Assembly: GCF_006345805.1 (NCBI RefSeq) | Contig: NC_043007.1 | Span: 76,446,001-76,510,000, forward strand | Length of the DNA stretch: 64,000 bases | Direction of reading: 5' to 3' | Source: Octopus sinensis | Taxonomy: Eukaryota | In this document: positions 52,183 through 64,000 of the stretch, piece after piece | How positions within the stretch are numbered: position 1 is the first letter of the stretch | Layout of the letters: each line of letters begins with the position of its first letter | Translations under genes and position numbers: made by a program | Notes under the pieces: generated by a model | Seen by the model: the letters and a program-made list of their open reading frames with translations, nothing else | What the model was told of the DNA's origin: nothing | Databases searched by the model: none

Positions 52183-52915
52183 AAACAGCAACGACATGAT
52201 TGAAACAGTGGACCACCTAATCTCTGGATGTAAAGTCTTAGCACCAGTGGAGTATAAATTAAGACATGACAGAGTTGGCCAATATCTACACTGGCTAATA
52301 AGTCGGCATTACAATATCAAAACTGCCGACAAGTGGTATAATCACCACCCTGAGGCTGTAACTGAAGGAGAAAATGTAACCATTCTGTGGGACTTTCCAG
52401 TACATACAGACCGAACCATCAAGGCCAATACACCAGATATTGTTGTGAAAGACCAAAACAATAAAGTTTGCTTATTGATCGACATGAGCATCCCCTGTGA
52501 TCATAATATCTCAGCGAAAGAGTTTGACAAGCTCAGAAAATATAAAGACCTACTCATTGAAATTGAGAAAATGTGGCATCTCAAGGCGGTTACAATACCA
52601 GTGATCGTAGGAGCACTAGGAATGATCAAGAAGGGAACCGAAAATTATATGAGAATGATCCCTGGCTTACCATCCCTGCAAGAAGTGCAAAAGATTGTCT
52701 TAACTGGTACATCACACGTATTGAGAAGAGCATTGTCGATGTGAGAACTGTTGCTGCTCATGTATTTTAATTTAACTTAAAAAAAAAAAAAAAATGAACG
52801 AACTATTGAGTTTGGTTTAATGGCCTACCAATGTATACTATGAGTTTCTTTGCCCTAGGAGTCGGGAAGACACTCGGCAAGAAATGAAAGCAAATTTGAA
52901 AGAAGAAAAAAAAAG
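52183..52915 (+). mobile_element. 5'-truncated R4/Dong element (RLE domain and 3' UTR) inserted in (TAA)n
   Basis: ETVDHLISGC, RHDRVGQYLHW, TPDIVVKD, LLIDMSIPCD, KYKDL, IVGALG, SHVLRRALSM*. The tail runs into (taa)n. Confidence 0.93.
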
Positions 52916-52956
52916 TAATAATAATAATAATATAATAATAATAATATAATAATAAT

Positions 52957-53502
52957 AAATGCCCTGATGCAGTACCAGGCAGTGGCTCTCATGGCTTCTG
53001 ATCTAAACTGATTGGAAGTGTTATCATGTACATTGTTTTGTCTTGGTATAAAAGATGGGCTACAGCAAATATTCTGCTCAATACCACAGATTTGCTTGTC
53101 AGTTGTTTGACCGTAACCAGTTGAGCATGGCTGACGATATGTGCATCTCTGATCACGAGCAGAAGTAGTGGGGGCATCATAGCCATGTGTTGAGAAGGAT
53201 TCTTTAAAATTTGAATAATTCACCTCTGGAAACATGGGTGTTTCATTCAACGTCCTTAAATAACCCTTATTCAGGGACCTTTTGAGCGGGATGGGTTACT
53301 CGATCTGAAGAAAATTCTAACTGGGCTCCAACTGCAAGGTCATGTGCTGTTTATCTTGATATGAGATCACCATGTCGCGCACATATGGTTGTGATGCATG
53401 TGCCTGATGTACCCTTATCAGACGGGTAGTCATGATGGGTATACTGGGCTTCATATATTTTACCCCAGTGTCACTTTGATGGCATGCTCTGCTCGCTCAC
53501 TC

Positions 53503-53503
<1 letters not shown>
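52957..53503 (+). mobile_element. Full-length S4 non-coding element
   Basis: Starts aatgccctgatgcagtaccaggcagtggc and ends gctcactc-(aat)n. Confidence 0.85.
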
Positions 53504-53540
<37 letters not shown>

Positions 53541-53559
53541 TGATGATGATGATGATGAT

Positions 53560-53594
<35 letters not shown>

Positions 53595-53602
53595 AACAAC
53601 AA

Positions 53603-54020
53603 TAAATGCCCTGATGCAGTACCAGGCAGTGGCACTCATGGCTTCTGATATTAATTGATTGGAAGTGCTATCATGTACATGTTTTGGGGTTTTTTATATT
53701 TTTTTGGTATAAAAAGATGAACCACAACAAATATTCTGCTTATAACCACAGATTTGCTTGTCAGTTGCTTTACCTTAACCCTTAGTGGTTGATGATATGT
53801 GCATCTCTGATCACGAGCAGAAGTAGTGGGGGAGCATTATAGCCATGTATTGAGAGGGATTTTGTGTGATTTGAATAATCACCTCTGGAAATATGGCTGT
53901 TTCGTTCATCATCCTTAAACAACCCTTATCCAGGGACCTTTTGAGCGGGATGGACTACTCGACCTGAAGAAAATTTTAACTGGGCACCCCCAAGGTCATG
54001 CGCTGTTTATCTTGATAAGA
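53603..54020 (+). mobile_element. 3'-truncated S4 element
   Basis: Same 5' start as the 52957 copy. Confidence 0.85.
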
Positions 54021-54089
54021 GTTCACCACGTCGCGCATGAATGTTTGAAGGAAAGAATTGTTTTAAAAGGATTAAAAATAAAAGTTGTA

Positions 54090-56000
54090 TCTATTTGTGA
54101 TGGCTGCGTGAATGTAGTTTGAGGACACATAGATTTTGGTATGAAGTCACAATAGGGACATTGATGATTTTTAATATGCCTAAGATTGAACAAATTTCTC
54201 AATTCATTGCGGGATATAATCCTTTGATTGCTGTATTTCTTCGATTCAAATTGCTTAGATGCATCATGACGCATTTTACGCCGCGCAGTTTGATCTAGAC
54301 AATAACTTTCCCAAGATATCAATTTAAGTTGTAGAGATTTTAGTGATTGCTTTGACTTCTCCTTATACCTAAGGATGGGTTTTCCTTTACTGCAGAATCC
54401 CTCTAGTTGTTGGCCATACAAAACAATTTTCGGAATGTAATCATCTTTCATTCGAACAACATGTCCTACCCTCTGCACTGAATTCTCAAAAGTATACATA
54501 TGATAATGGAGGTATCACATTTTTCTAAAAGTTTGACGTTTGATATCTTAAATTGCCATTTTAAGTTTCAGATATTGTGCGGACAGCACATGTGAAATGT
54601 TTCAAATTTCTTTATATGTCTGTAGTAAGGACTCCATGCTTCTTCCCCGTGCAAAAGTGTGCTCAAAATACAAGATTTGTATACAATACTTTTAGTTTTC
54701 AAACTGAATCCGTGTTCATCCCACAAACGATGGAAAAGTTTTCCATAAACATTCGTAGCCTTAAATATTCTAACATTGATTTCGTCTTAAAGTTTACTAT
54801 ACTTCCAAGATATTTAAATGACCTGACCTATCTGAGTAGTTTATTGTCAGTCATTACATTTTAATCTTGTGCATGTTCTGTCTTTGGTTGGAATAAAACT
54901 TCAGTTTTCCTAATGCTGATAATCGGTCCAAATGCGTTAGCTGCCGCAGAAAACCTACCGGTTGTTTCCTGAATCTCCTCAAATGTATGAGAAATCAAAG
55001 CGCACTCATCAGCAAACACAAAATACCGTAAATCTCTTCCTTGGTCTTTTTCCTTTTACGTTGAGTAGACCTTCTGAGCGAAACTGAAACTTTACACCAT
55101 GGTAATCCCTAAAAGCATGTTGGAGCATCATAGAAAATAATATGGCAAAAAGTACTTGAGCTAAAACACAGCCCTGTTAGATATCACTGTTGCCATCTTT
55201 CCTGCAAGGATATAATTACCCTTATCATTTTATCAGGAAGATCAACTTTTGACAAAATTTCTCAAAGGGCCTCACGATTCACTATATCAAAAACCTTGGT
55301 CAAGTCGTCAAAGATCGTGTACCAGTTTGTATTTTGCTCACATGTTTTGTCTTAAACTTACCGACGAGCAAAAATCATGTCAACTGTGCATCTCTCAGCC
55401 CGAAATTCACATTGAGGTTCGAGATATGTACCGTTTATTACATGCTTATTGATGCAATTAAGAACCACCCTCGTAAGAATTTTTTTCAACTATGCTCAAC
55501 AAACTTATTCTTCTGTGATTAGCACATACACTCGTTTTCAGTTCGTTTTTATACAAATACCTTATAGGTGCATATTTGAACTGTTGTGGAACAGAACTAG
55601 TTTCCCAGACCAAACGAACTAATTTGCGCAGCTTTCTTACAAATTGTCTGCCACCATGCTTGCACATTTCTATGGGAACACCATCTTATCCAGGAGCTTT
55701 ACCATTGGAAAATTTTTTAATAGCAGTACTTTTCTCTTCCAAACAAGGATCTTCCGCAAGTTCTTCAATTATAGGCTTGTGAAAGATTTCATTCATTACT
55801 TCAGGATCGGTTGTGAATTCTTGATTTAATACGGATTTAAAGTGTTCATCTCATCTTACCAGAATTTCATCTTTGCTACTTAAGAGTCTTTATCCGTCGT
55901 TAGGAAGAATAGCTTCCGTACCGTCCTTTTTTAAAAAACACTAAATACACTTTTCAGATTATCATACAATGCTCTCAAGTTGTGAGAGTTACCAGCCTTA
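54090..56000 (-). mobile_element. Highly decayed RTE (BovB-like) element
   Basis: VPQQFKYAPIRYLYKN...CANHRRISLLSIVEK; GHVVRMKDDYIPKIVLYGQ...GKPILRYK. Confidence 0.8.
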
Positions 56001-56354
56001 GGCATTTTTTTTTTGCCCACCAAAAATATTTTATCTCACGCAATTTTTCCTAGCAATTTTTTTAGGGGGGGGGTGTATAAGGAACTGAGTGATGGTGAGT
56101 TTTTGTTTAAGATCCGTGCCTTGTGTCATTTGTGCATAGTTTTTAGGAGAGGTTTCATTTGAGAATCACTCTTGATGCTTGCGTTTGACGAAGCCTAGAA
56201 CTTCGGCAGATGATTTGATGTTTTCATGAATATTATGCCACAAAACTTCGGGATAATTGCTTTTCTCTGTACTCTCAAGTTTTGAATTTAGATGCATTTT
56301 AAAATTTTGTGTCGTTTCCAGATTATTATATTTTCTTTTCTAATAGAGACACAA

Positions 56355-56560
56355 GGCCTGGAATTAAGCTAAAGGAAGTCAGTTGATACCATTGCCCTCG
56401 GTATATGACATGTACTTTATTTTATTGACCCCGAAAAGATGAAAGGCAAAGCAGCTTTGGCAATATTTAAACTCAACATAAAGAACCGAATGAAATGTCA
56501 CATTTTGACCGACGCGCTTATGCCAGCTCGCTACCTTATTATTAAGTCAGCGAGAAGTTG
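56355..56560 (-). mobile_element. Degenerate SINE family S3
   Basis: ttgaccccgaaaagatgaaaggcaaagcagctttggc matches the copy at 30240-30300. Confidence 0.65.
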
Positions 56561-56564
56561 TGGA

Positions 56565-56830
56565 AGCCAGAGAAGTCTGTTTGTCCAGTACTCGTCGGGG
56601 CAAAGACGCCTCAGGAAATCCCTTTGATATTCATATCTAGGATCATTGGTCTACCGTCTGGGTCCTGAAGTATTTCTTTACCTCAAAGCCTAATATTTCC
56701 ATAAACAACAGAACAACTCCACGCAACCTCGGTTTTTTTAAAAACCGTAACGGAAACCCTAGTCTCACAGATAACTACTACATTCAACTCAAATTATCTG
56801 AAATCTTCGAGCAGCTGAACTACTTCTAGA
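56565..56830 (-). mobile_element. L1/Tx1-type APE endonuclease remnant
   Basis: VICETR and LQDPDGRPMILDMN...GVFAPTSTGQTDF. Confidence 0.55.
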
Positions 56831-58554
56831 CACCGCCAAAACCATGAACACAATATAAAATTTTATTATATTGCAGTCTGTTTTCTATTTTCGTAGAAGT
56901 GGGTATTGTTTTTATTAGCAAATGAATCATAGTGTACTGTTTTACTTTTGTTTCCTTTTCTCTTTTTATAGTTATTTTTTTTGTCTTGATTTGTTTTGTT
57001 TGTTTATTTTTTGATTGTTTTTGTTTTTAATCCGCTTAGTATTTTCGAACGGATATAAGTTGTAGAACTACTGGTAGACATCCGACTTATATAGGAGTGA
57101 GGGGAGGAGGAAATTCAACACTCATTACCATTACCCTAGGAAGGCAATATGGGGCCCATTCTTTTTTTAGAATACCTGGATAGCCACATGTATGTAAAGT
57201 CCATATATTCTCCGTCATCATGAGACAATGGGCTGGCACAGTTAAATTGAGTTTCTGGTTCGTTGTTTGTTGAAGTAGGAAACCGTTCTGAGTTTCGATG
57301 ACTCACAGCCGTAGCCACTTGGTTTGAGAATGAAACTGTGGTGATCGCGTGTTTTTTCGACCATCCTGGTGTTGCTTTAGCAGCAATCTTTCTCTGGTGT
57401 ACCATATAAAGCGTCTCAGAGCCCCATTATTCTTGTTGTTTCAGCTGCTTTCTGTTACCGTATAAAGTCCTTAAGTAACTCTTGCTGCCACGCACGTAAT
57501 CCTTAAGCTTTCTAGTTTGACCACTGACATGACTGTTTTCATCAATGAAACCTCAATAGAGTACACCTCTAATATGACTCTATGGTCCTCAGGATCATTA
57601 ATATTTGGAGATCTATACTGATACCTGACCAAATAAATTTGAGCTTTCACAACCGCCGCAAATTGCTTCACAAAGGTCGCGGTCGACTCTGATAGTGCTT
57701 TCACCCGTATTCCTAATCGCGTTTTTCATCTTTCGTTGCTCCATATACTAGGTCAGAGGAAAACGCCGAGTGCTTTTTCTTTTTTTTTTTCAGCTTACAC
57801 GTCTGCTTTAGTGTGTGCAAGGATTACAATTACAAACACTTGTTTCGTCCAACAGGGAAAACTTATTGAAACACACACCCCATATGGTCTTTTCAAATTT
57901 TCTTTACAACGGCATGGAGAAACCCTGATTGATTTTCTGAAATAGGCTATTGTCCGCCTTTCTTTCTCCTTTACAAGCTGCTCAAGTAGAGAGGCATGGT
58001 CCTTTGTGATATAACTCACCACTTTCTAGTCATTTCCGACCTCTTTAACAGATTTAGATTTTCTGACATGTTAACACAGCTTACTATTACTGGTGCCGGT
58101 GCTATTGGAATATGAGCTTAGTAATTTACTGGTGTTTTTGCATAGCGCGGCTGTATATTGTTACTGTGGATCTGAAACTAATGATGGTGCTGCTATTGAT
58201 AATGGTGGAGATAAGAGTACTGATTATAGTATTGTTGCTTAAAATTTTCACTCTTTTTACCATTTCTACGCGTTCTACTTCTACAACGAGGGATGTATTT
58301 TCCCTTTAAGAAAACTAATTCCCTATAATTTTAGAAGCAAAAGCTTTCAGAAGAGTTAACAACGTTAGTACTGATGGAGATGGGGGTGGTTATATTGCTA
58401 CTTGACATTTCCACTCCTCAAAACAACGCTCCGCCATATTGTTCAATGGTTTTAACTTTCAAATCAAATTCAGATGCAAAAAAATTTACAAGTAAATGAT
58501 ACTCTTTAAAATTTATCAGATCTCTCGACTGATTGACATCTTACAAATAAAACA

Positions 58555-58987
58555 GGATTTTCTTCAAGTAATGCCTCATGGAGCTTATCATCAAACTCAA
58601 CTGGACTTCCTGTTCGATCTTCGTCTTCAAGGCTGAAATCTCCACTTCTGAATTTTGCAAACCATCTTCTGCAAGTTCTTTCATTCAAGCATTCTTTCCC
58701 ATAAACTGAGTGTATGTTTCGAGTCGCTTCGACTGCAGTGTTTCCTTTTTTGTACTCATAAAGCATTATGTGCCTCAAATGCTCTTTGGATACTTCCATG
58801 TTAGAAAGGATTTTAATCAAAGAGATATTAATTCTATTATTCTGTAAAATAATATTTAATTAGTTTAAATGTTCACAAATACATAAAAATAATCTTTAAT
58901 TCCATTAGACATTCTAAAATACTATTTAATTTCATTCAATTTTTAAAAAAAGGTAAAATCGGACAGAACTTATGGGATGACCTGATA
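58555..58987 (-). mobile_element. Mariner transposon 5' fragment
   Basis: MEVSKEHLRHIMLYEYKKG...RRWFAKFRSGDFSLEDEDRTGSP. TIR tatcaggtcatcccataagttctgtccg. Confidence 0.9.
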
Positions 58988-59374
58988 GTTAAATATTTGT
59001 AGAATATACAAACTATGAGACAGTAAAACTGACAGTCTAAGTTGAATAGTGGTGCATATGCTGTCAATGAGGATTGATTTATTAATGACTAGAGTACTAC
59101 CCAGCGTTCTTGATCAATTTGCAATGTAAGGTATATATATTTTTTTCTTATAAAATGCAATATTATCCTCGATATGATCTGAAAAATATCTAAACAGCAA
59201 CGCTAAAATTGTATATTTATTTAAGACAGTGTACTTTACATATCAAATTATCCAAAAATGCTGAAGTTTCTCGAAAAGGTGTCCTAACACTGAAATGTTG
59301 AAATTCCAGGTAATAGTACTAACTAGCACCTGTATTATTAGTTTTTATGACTTTAAAATATTATTAACAATCTA

Positions 59375-59642
<268 letters not shown>

Positions 59643-59695
59643 AAATATAAAAGGAGCAAAAATACCGGAGATTCAGTATACACAACGTGGCATGA

Positions 59696-60065
59696 GTTGA
59701 AAAACATATATGTGGAAAACATATAAAAAGTGGAAGAGAAATGCCTTCGTTTCACAAAGTTTGATATCTTTTTATCAAGAAATTTTTTTTAATATATTCA
59801 TATTTTATGGATGTCGTGATATCCAACCAGCTTTCGCTATTTAAATTGTGAAGTGTTCATTTCTTGTGACAAAGGGGTCACAAGAAATAATTACTTCACA
59901 ATGTCCATTGAAAAGCTAATTTATATAGCGAAAACCGGTTGGATATCACGACATCCATAAAATATGAATATATTTAAAAAAAAGATTCTTTATAAAAAGA
60001 TATTAAACTATGTGAGACGAAGGTATTTCTCTTCCACTTTTTATGTCTTTTCCACATATTTTCAA

Positions 60066-60066
<1 letters not shown>
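59696..60066. mobile_element. Foldback element: arms of about 175 and 190 bp around a 6-nt spacer
   Basis: 59696-59870 is the reverse complement of 59877-60066, apart from an ~18-nt indel. Confidence 0.85.
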
Positions 60067-60131
<65 letters not shown>

Positions 60132-60132
<1 letters not shown>

Positions 60133-61068
60133 AATGGAGTTAAATGCAGGTGTTATTCAAATATTTTTACTTCCGACACGTGTTTCGAAGATATCACTGG
60201 TATTATCTACGTCTTTCAAAGATAGTTACACTAAAAATAAGGTAACTAATAGTAATAGAATCAAGTTTATGTCAAGTAACTCTAAAATTAAAATTTCTAT
60301 ATACCAGTGTAAAATTACTTTTGGTAATGAAGTATTTTTTATATAGGCAGGTCATCTTCTCAGTTATCTAAAAGAATTTCTAATCATTACTCTACATTTA
60401 GGGATAGGAATAAACGTAACAGTACAGGGTTTAGTAAATTAATTTGGTATCTAAAAGACCACAATAAACAATTTAATTTAGATTAGTTGATTCTCTCAAT
60501 CTCAATACCTTATGACAAAGGCAAGGAATTCTGTCTTCTCTGTAATTCTGAGCTATTTTTTATACTATTTTCTAAAGATTCCCTTGTAAACACGGTTACA
60601 GAGCATGCATACCGATGTAAACATTGGCAGACACACACCTTTAGTTCATATAAGTGATATCTATCATTATATATAATTTAAACATTAATTTTCTTCTCAC
60701 ATTTCACATTCACTAGACATATCTTTTTCCAAGTCTATATGGTTTTATTTAATATACATATAGTTATGTACTTCTCATTTATTTGGTTTTTCTTTCCTTT
60801 ACCCCTCCTCTTTCTATAGGCTACCTTTGACGTTATATCCTCTAACGTGTTTTTTAAACAAATTTAATAGCGTTCAGTTAATCACTACACATACCCTTCA
60901 TTTTCTATTAAACTGTCTTATTGACGAGTTTCATTTCTTCATTTTCCTGAAGAAAAGACTACATTGTTTTACACCATTTTATATACCAGTGATATATATA
61001 CCAGTGATATCTTCGAAACACGAGTCGGAATTAAAGAATTTGAATAACACCTGCGTTTAACTTCATTT
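60132..61068. repeat. ~71-bp inverted repeats bracketing ~800 bp
   Basis: 60132-60203 versus 60998-61068. Each arm contains a gaaacacg(t/a)gtc hammerhead-like stem III. Confidence 0.75.
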
Positions 61069-61457
61069 ATTTATTTATATATATATTACACAAAATATTT
61101 CACGTAAACCCGAAGTTTCTACCTTTAAAAACAAGGAGTTACAAACTTTTTTACTTGTGTGATTTTTTGCTACCATGGTAACTATTTATCTATTTTTTCC
61201 GTGTTAATTGTTAACAAGAAAAAAATACACACATATATTTATATACTGCAGGAAAAATGGAGTTAATAAAGATGGACTCGTCACTGAAGGACATAACTAT
61301 CCCACCTAAGGACACATATTAAAGAATTAATATTATGAATTTATCCTTAGAATTCGTTGGAGAATATATCTTCATGAAAAAAATGTAAATAAATAAATAA
61401 GTTAACATAATTTAATGTCTAAAAGTTGATGAACCACCTATTATTCTCCTCCATTTT

Positions 61458-61463
61458 TTTATT
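61458..61463 (-). promoter_or_regulatory. Candidate polyadenylation signal for the EH-like gene
   Basis: AATAAA on the minus strand, about 500 nt downstream of the stop codon. Confidence 0.25.
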
Positions 61464-61465
61464 TG

Positions 61466-61511
<46 letters not shown>

Positions 61512-61794
61512 AAATAGTTAACAGGTTTCACACAAATTTATATTGAAAAACAACACGAAGAAAATGCTTTAAGAAATTTATCATGGACAAAAAAAGAAAA
61601 TATTTACATTTTTGTCAAAATATGTTTTAAGACAATTTGGCCATGCAGTAAGAGAAAGCAAAATAATTGAAATAAATCAAATTAAACTTTCATGATGTCA
61701 GTTCTGGAAGTTCACAAGTTTTTCTTAAAACATTTACATGGTACTGGTAGCTGAATTCCTCTGATGGTTACCGGGTCGTAGTAGAAGTAAAACT

Positions 61795-61852
<58 letters not shown>

Positions 61853-61966
61853 CTATATATAAGCTATATATATCAGGAAAATAAAATAAGGGGTTTCACC
61901 ATTAAGCAAAGAACATCATTAATATATTTTTTATGGTTCCTTTTTGCTGATATTCCCGTTTTTCGT

Positions 61967-62248
61967 TTATAGACCTTCGGGTAGGTTGAGATGGAGTGTG
62001 GGAGAATCTTGTGGTGTTCTTCGATGGTATTCAGGATTGATGCAGCCGACGTCGATGCTTTTGCCAGCAGTTTCCACGCAGTTATTCCCGCATTTATTAG
62101 AATCGAAGTGATAGCCGTACATATCATAGCAAACTTGACATTCAAAGAGACAGCGGTAGTACAGAGGATTTCTCGGCAAGGGTTGCTCCCACCAGGCTCC
62201 TTCTAATCCTCGGCAGATAAGTGAGAAGACGGTTAGAAGTGCAAATAT
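61967..62248 (-). CDS. Eh: Terminal coding exon of an eclosion hormone-like neuropeptide precursor
   Basis: Acceptor tttccAG at 62250-62249 (phase 0), with an in-frame TAA just upstream in the intron. Translation: IFALLTVFSLICRGLEG-AWWEQPLPRNPLYYRCLFECQVCYDMYGYHFDSNKCGNNCVETAGKSIDVGCINPEYHRRTPQDSPTLHLNLPEGL*. Cys spacing C-x3-C-x2-C-x12-C-x3-C-x11-C with G-x2-F and C-x4-G, versus x10 for the last gap in insect EH. Confidence 0.8.
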   Translation of the reverse strand: MFALLTVFSLICRGLEGAWWEQPLPRNPLYYRCLFECQVCYDMYGYHFDSNKCGNNCVETAGKSIDVGCINPEYHRRTPQDSPTLHLNLPEGL

Positions 62249-62356
62249 CTGGAAATATATTTTTTAAAATATACAGATTTGTGAGAGATTCGGTATACTA
62301 CAGTTCCCCCCACCTCATCCCGATCTATTGTATGCTATATAGTAGAATATGGATAC

Positions 62357-62371
62357 AGTGAACGCAGGCAT
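62357..62371 (-). CDS. Candidate first coding micro-exon (MPAFT) of the EH-like gene
   Basis: ATG in a good context (acaaccATG). A phase-0 GT follows (GTATCC, a weak donor), giving a 108-nt intron and completing a plausible signal peptide. Confidence 0.3.
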
Positions 62372-62708
62372 GGTTGTAGGGTGATCGGAGCATCTTCTGG
62401 CATTATTCTGGACCAGTTGCATTCCTTTACAATGAGATCTATTTAGCATTTGATAAATAAAGATCAATATCATTAGTATCAGACAAAGTACAGACGTCAT
62501 GACAATCACCTAAAATAATTGAACACGATGCCCCAAACATGAACACAATTTAAAAACTGAATCTTTGTACATATACTTACCGACTATCCAATTTTATTCG
62601 CGTGTCTGTGTTCGTCAGAACTGTTACATGTAGTGGGAAGAGAAACTCCAAATACCAACTGTGTGAATCATCACCTTAATGTTTTTAACGTTTACTCAGA
62701 CTTGTCAG

Positions 62709-62822
<114 letters not shown>

Positions 62823-62937
62823 AATACATACATACATAAATATATATATATATGCATATATATATATATATATTAATAGTAATGATATGACAACAAATGA
62901 ATGAATGAGACCACGATATTATGTAAATGGAGGAAAT

Positions 62938-63120
62938 TATCTGTAATATAATATGTTACAATTATTCGGTTGCCATAATAAAACTCCGAGTTTCTGCTCT
63001 TGCATCTCGTCACTTATTAAGACAAACAAAACTGACGAGATGCCGGAGTAGATTTCCGCCCCGACATCCGCACCTCGGAGTTTTATTATGGCAACCCAGT
63101 CACATATTATATTACAGATA
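62938..63120. mobile_element. MITE with ~50-bp TIRs
   Basis: tatctgtaatataatatg...ggttgccataataaaactccgag is inverted at 63074-63120. An inner inverted repeat reads gcatctcgtca / tgacgagatgc. Confidence 0.8.
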
Positions 63121-63335
63121 TACACACACACACACACAGATATGATGTAATTGTATTGTATTTTATATTTATATTTCCATGTCTAGTTATATTTGCAATA
63201 TATTATGTATAATGTCATTGCTGTTATGTAATGGTGTAATAAAGTATTGATTGGGTATTATCTGATGATTGATGATTGATTTAGGTATGTTTCTCCATTT
63301 TCTCATTTTGTATATATATATATATATATATATAT

Positions 63336-63850
63336 ACTAGCAGTATCGTCCGGCGTTGCTCGGGTTTGTAAGGGAAATAACTATATAAGCATTTTTAGAG
63401 AGTTACTTCCCTTATAGATGCCAATTCGGGCTTTCTTAGCCATTTCTGTTTTGGTGTCTTCAAGCCATGAAGTCGTTGTTCTAAAAGAACGCTGGTCTCC
63501 TTGGCAACGCTTTACGACGTTGATTTCCTTACACTCCCTTCCCCACAGCTTCACGAGGGAGGGAAGAAGGGGGAGAAACAAACAGGTGCAGGTGTGACCA
63601 TGGACGCCAACTCCGCCGCCATCGACACACGAAAAATTATGCATTAAAATGGAATAAAAAATTATGTTAAATTATTTTTAAAATCGTAGACTCATCGTGG
63701 ACGCGCGCTAATACTCAGACGGGCTCGATATGAATCCCGACTATAAGATACCCGAATTTGGTTAAACTGCACCGCAAAATGTGGGAGTAGTTAGGAATCT
63801 AAATCGAAGGGGACAGACACTCACACAACTACAGTTTTATATATATAGAT
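63336..63850 (+). mobile_element. Non-autonomous Helitron/Helentron-like element
   Basis: 5' actagcagtatcgtccggcgttgctcggg; 3' acagacactcacacaactacagttttatatatatagat. Inserted in (TA)n. Confidence 0.65.
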
Positions 63851-64000
63851 ATAGATATATATATGTATGTATGTATGTATGTATATACATACATATATGT
63901 ACATACATATATATATATATAATATATATATATATAAAATATTATTAGAGACAAAACCACTATTTTGCAAAACAAACAAGGAAAGACTTAATCAATATAT

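Noticed and set aside
52957-53030. Possible HDV-like ribozyme at the S4 5' end
   Set aside because: I could not build the P1/P3/P1.1 pairings, and the candidate J4/2 is not conserved in the 53603 copy.
61873-62206. Overlapping ORFs 61873-62145 (-) and 61991-62206 (+)
   Set aside because: Alternative or antisense frames of the EH-like exon, with no splice or motif support.
62315-62509. Hydrophobic minus-strand ORF MIVMTSVLCLILMILIF as an alternative signal exon
   Set aside because: No suitable donor follows the hydrophobic stretch, and the downstream exon already supplies a signal-peptide core.

Overview
Eukaryotic, AT-rich, repeat-dominated DNA that looks like an Octopus (cephalopod) genome, inferred from recurring tRNA-derived SINE families and dense (TA)n/(TG)n/(TAGA)n/(TACA)n/(TAA)n microsatellites. 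Most of the window is transposon debris: R4/Dong-type, RTE, CR1, L1/Tx1 and Penelope-like retroelements; Tc1-like (DD36E, DD38E), maT (DD37D), mariner, MULE-like, Chapaev-like and Helitron-like DNA elements; and several foldback/MITE structures sitting in (TA)n tracts. Almost all ORF-track entries are microsatellite or antisense artefacts. Two signals stand out. (1) One convincing host coding exon (62248-61967, minus strand) encodes a signal peptide plus a 6-Cys peptide with eclosion-hormone cysteine spacing, in a non-moulting animal. (2) A ~232-248 nt tandem repeat (46011-46692) carries three type I hammerhead ribozyme motifs with the compensatory U3-A8 core. It is retrozyme-like and folds back into a ~158 bp palindrome joined to an L1/Tx1 fragment. 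All calls are by eye, without database searches, and repeat boundaries are approximate.
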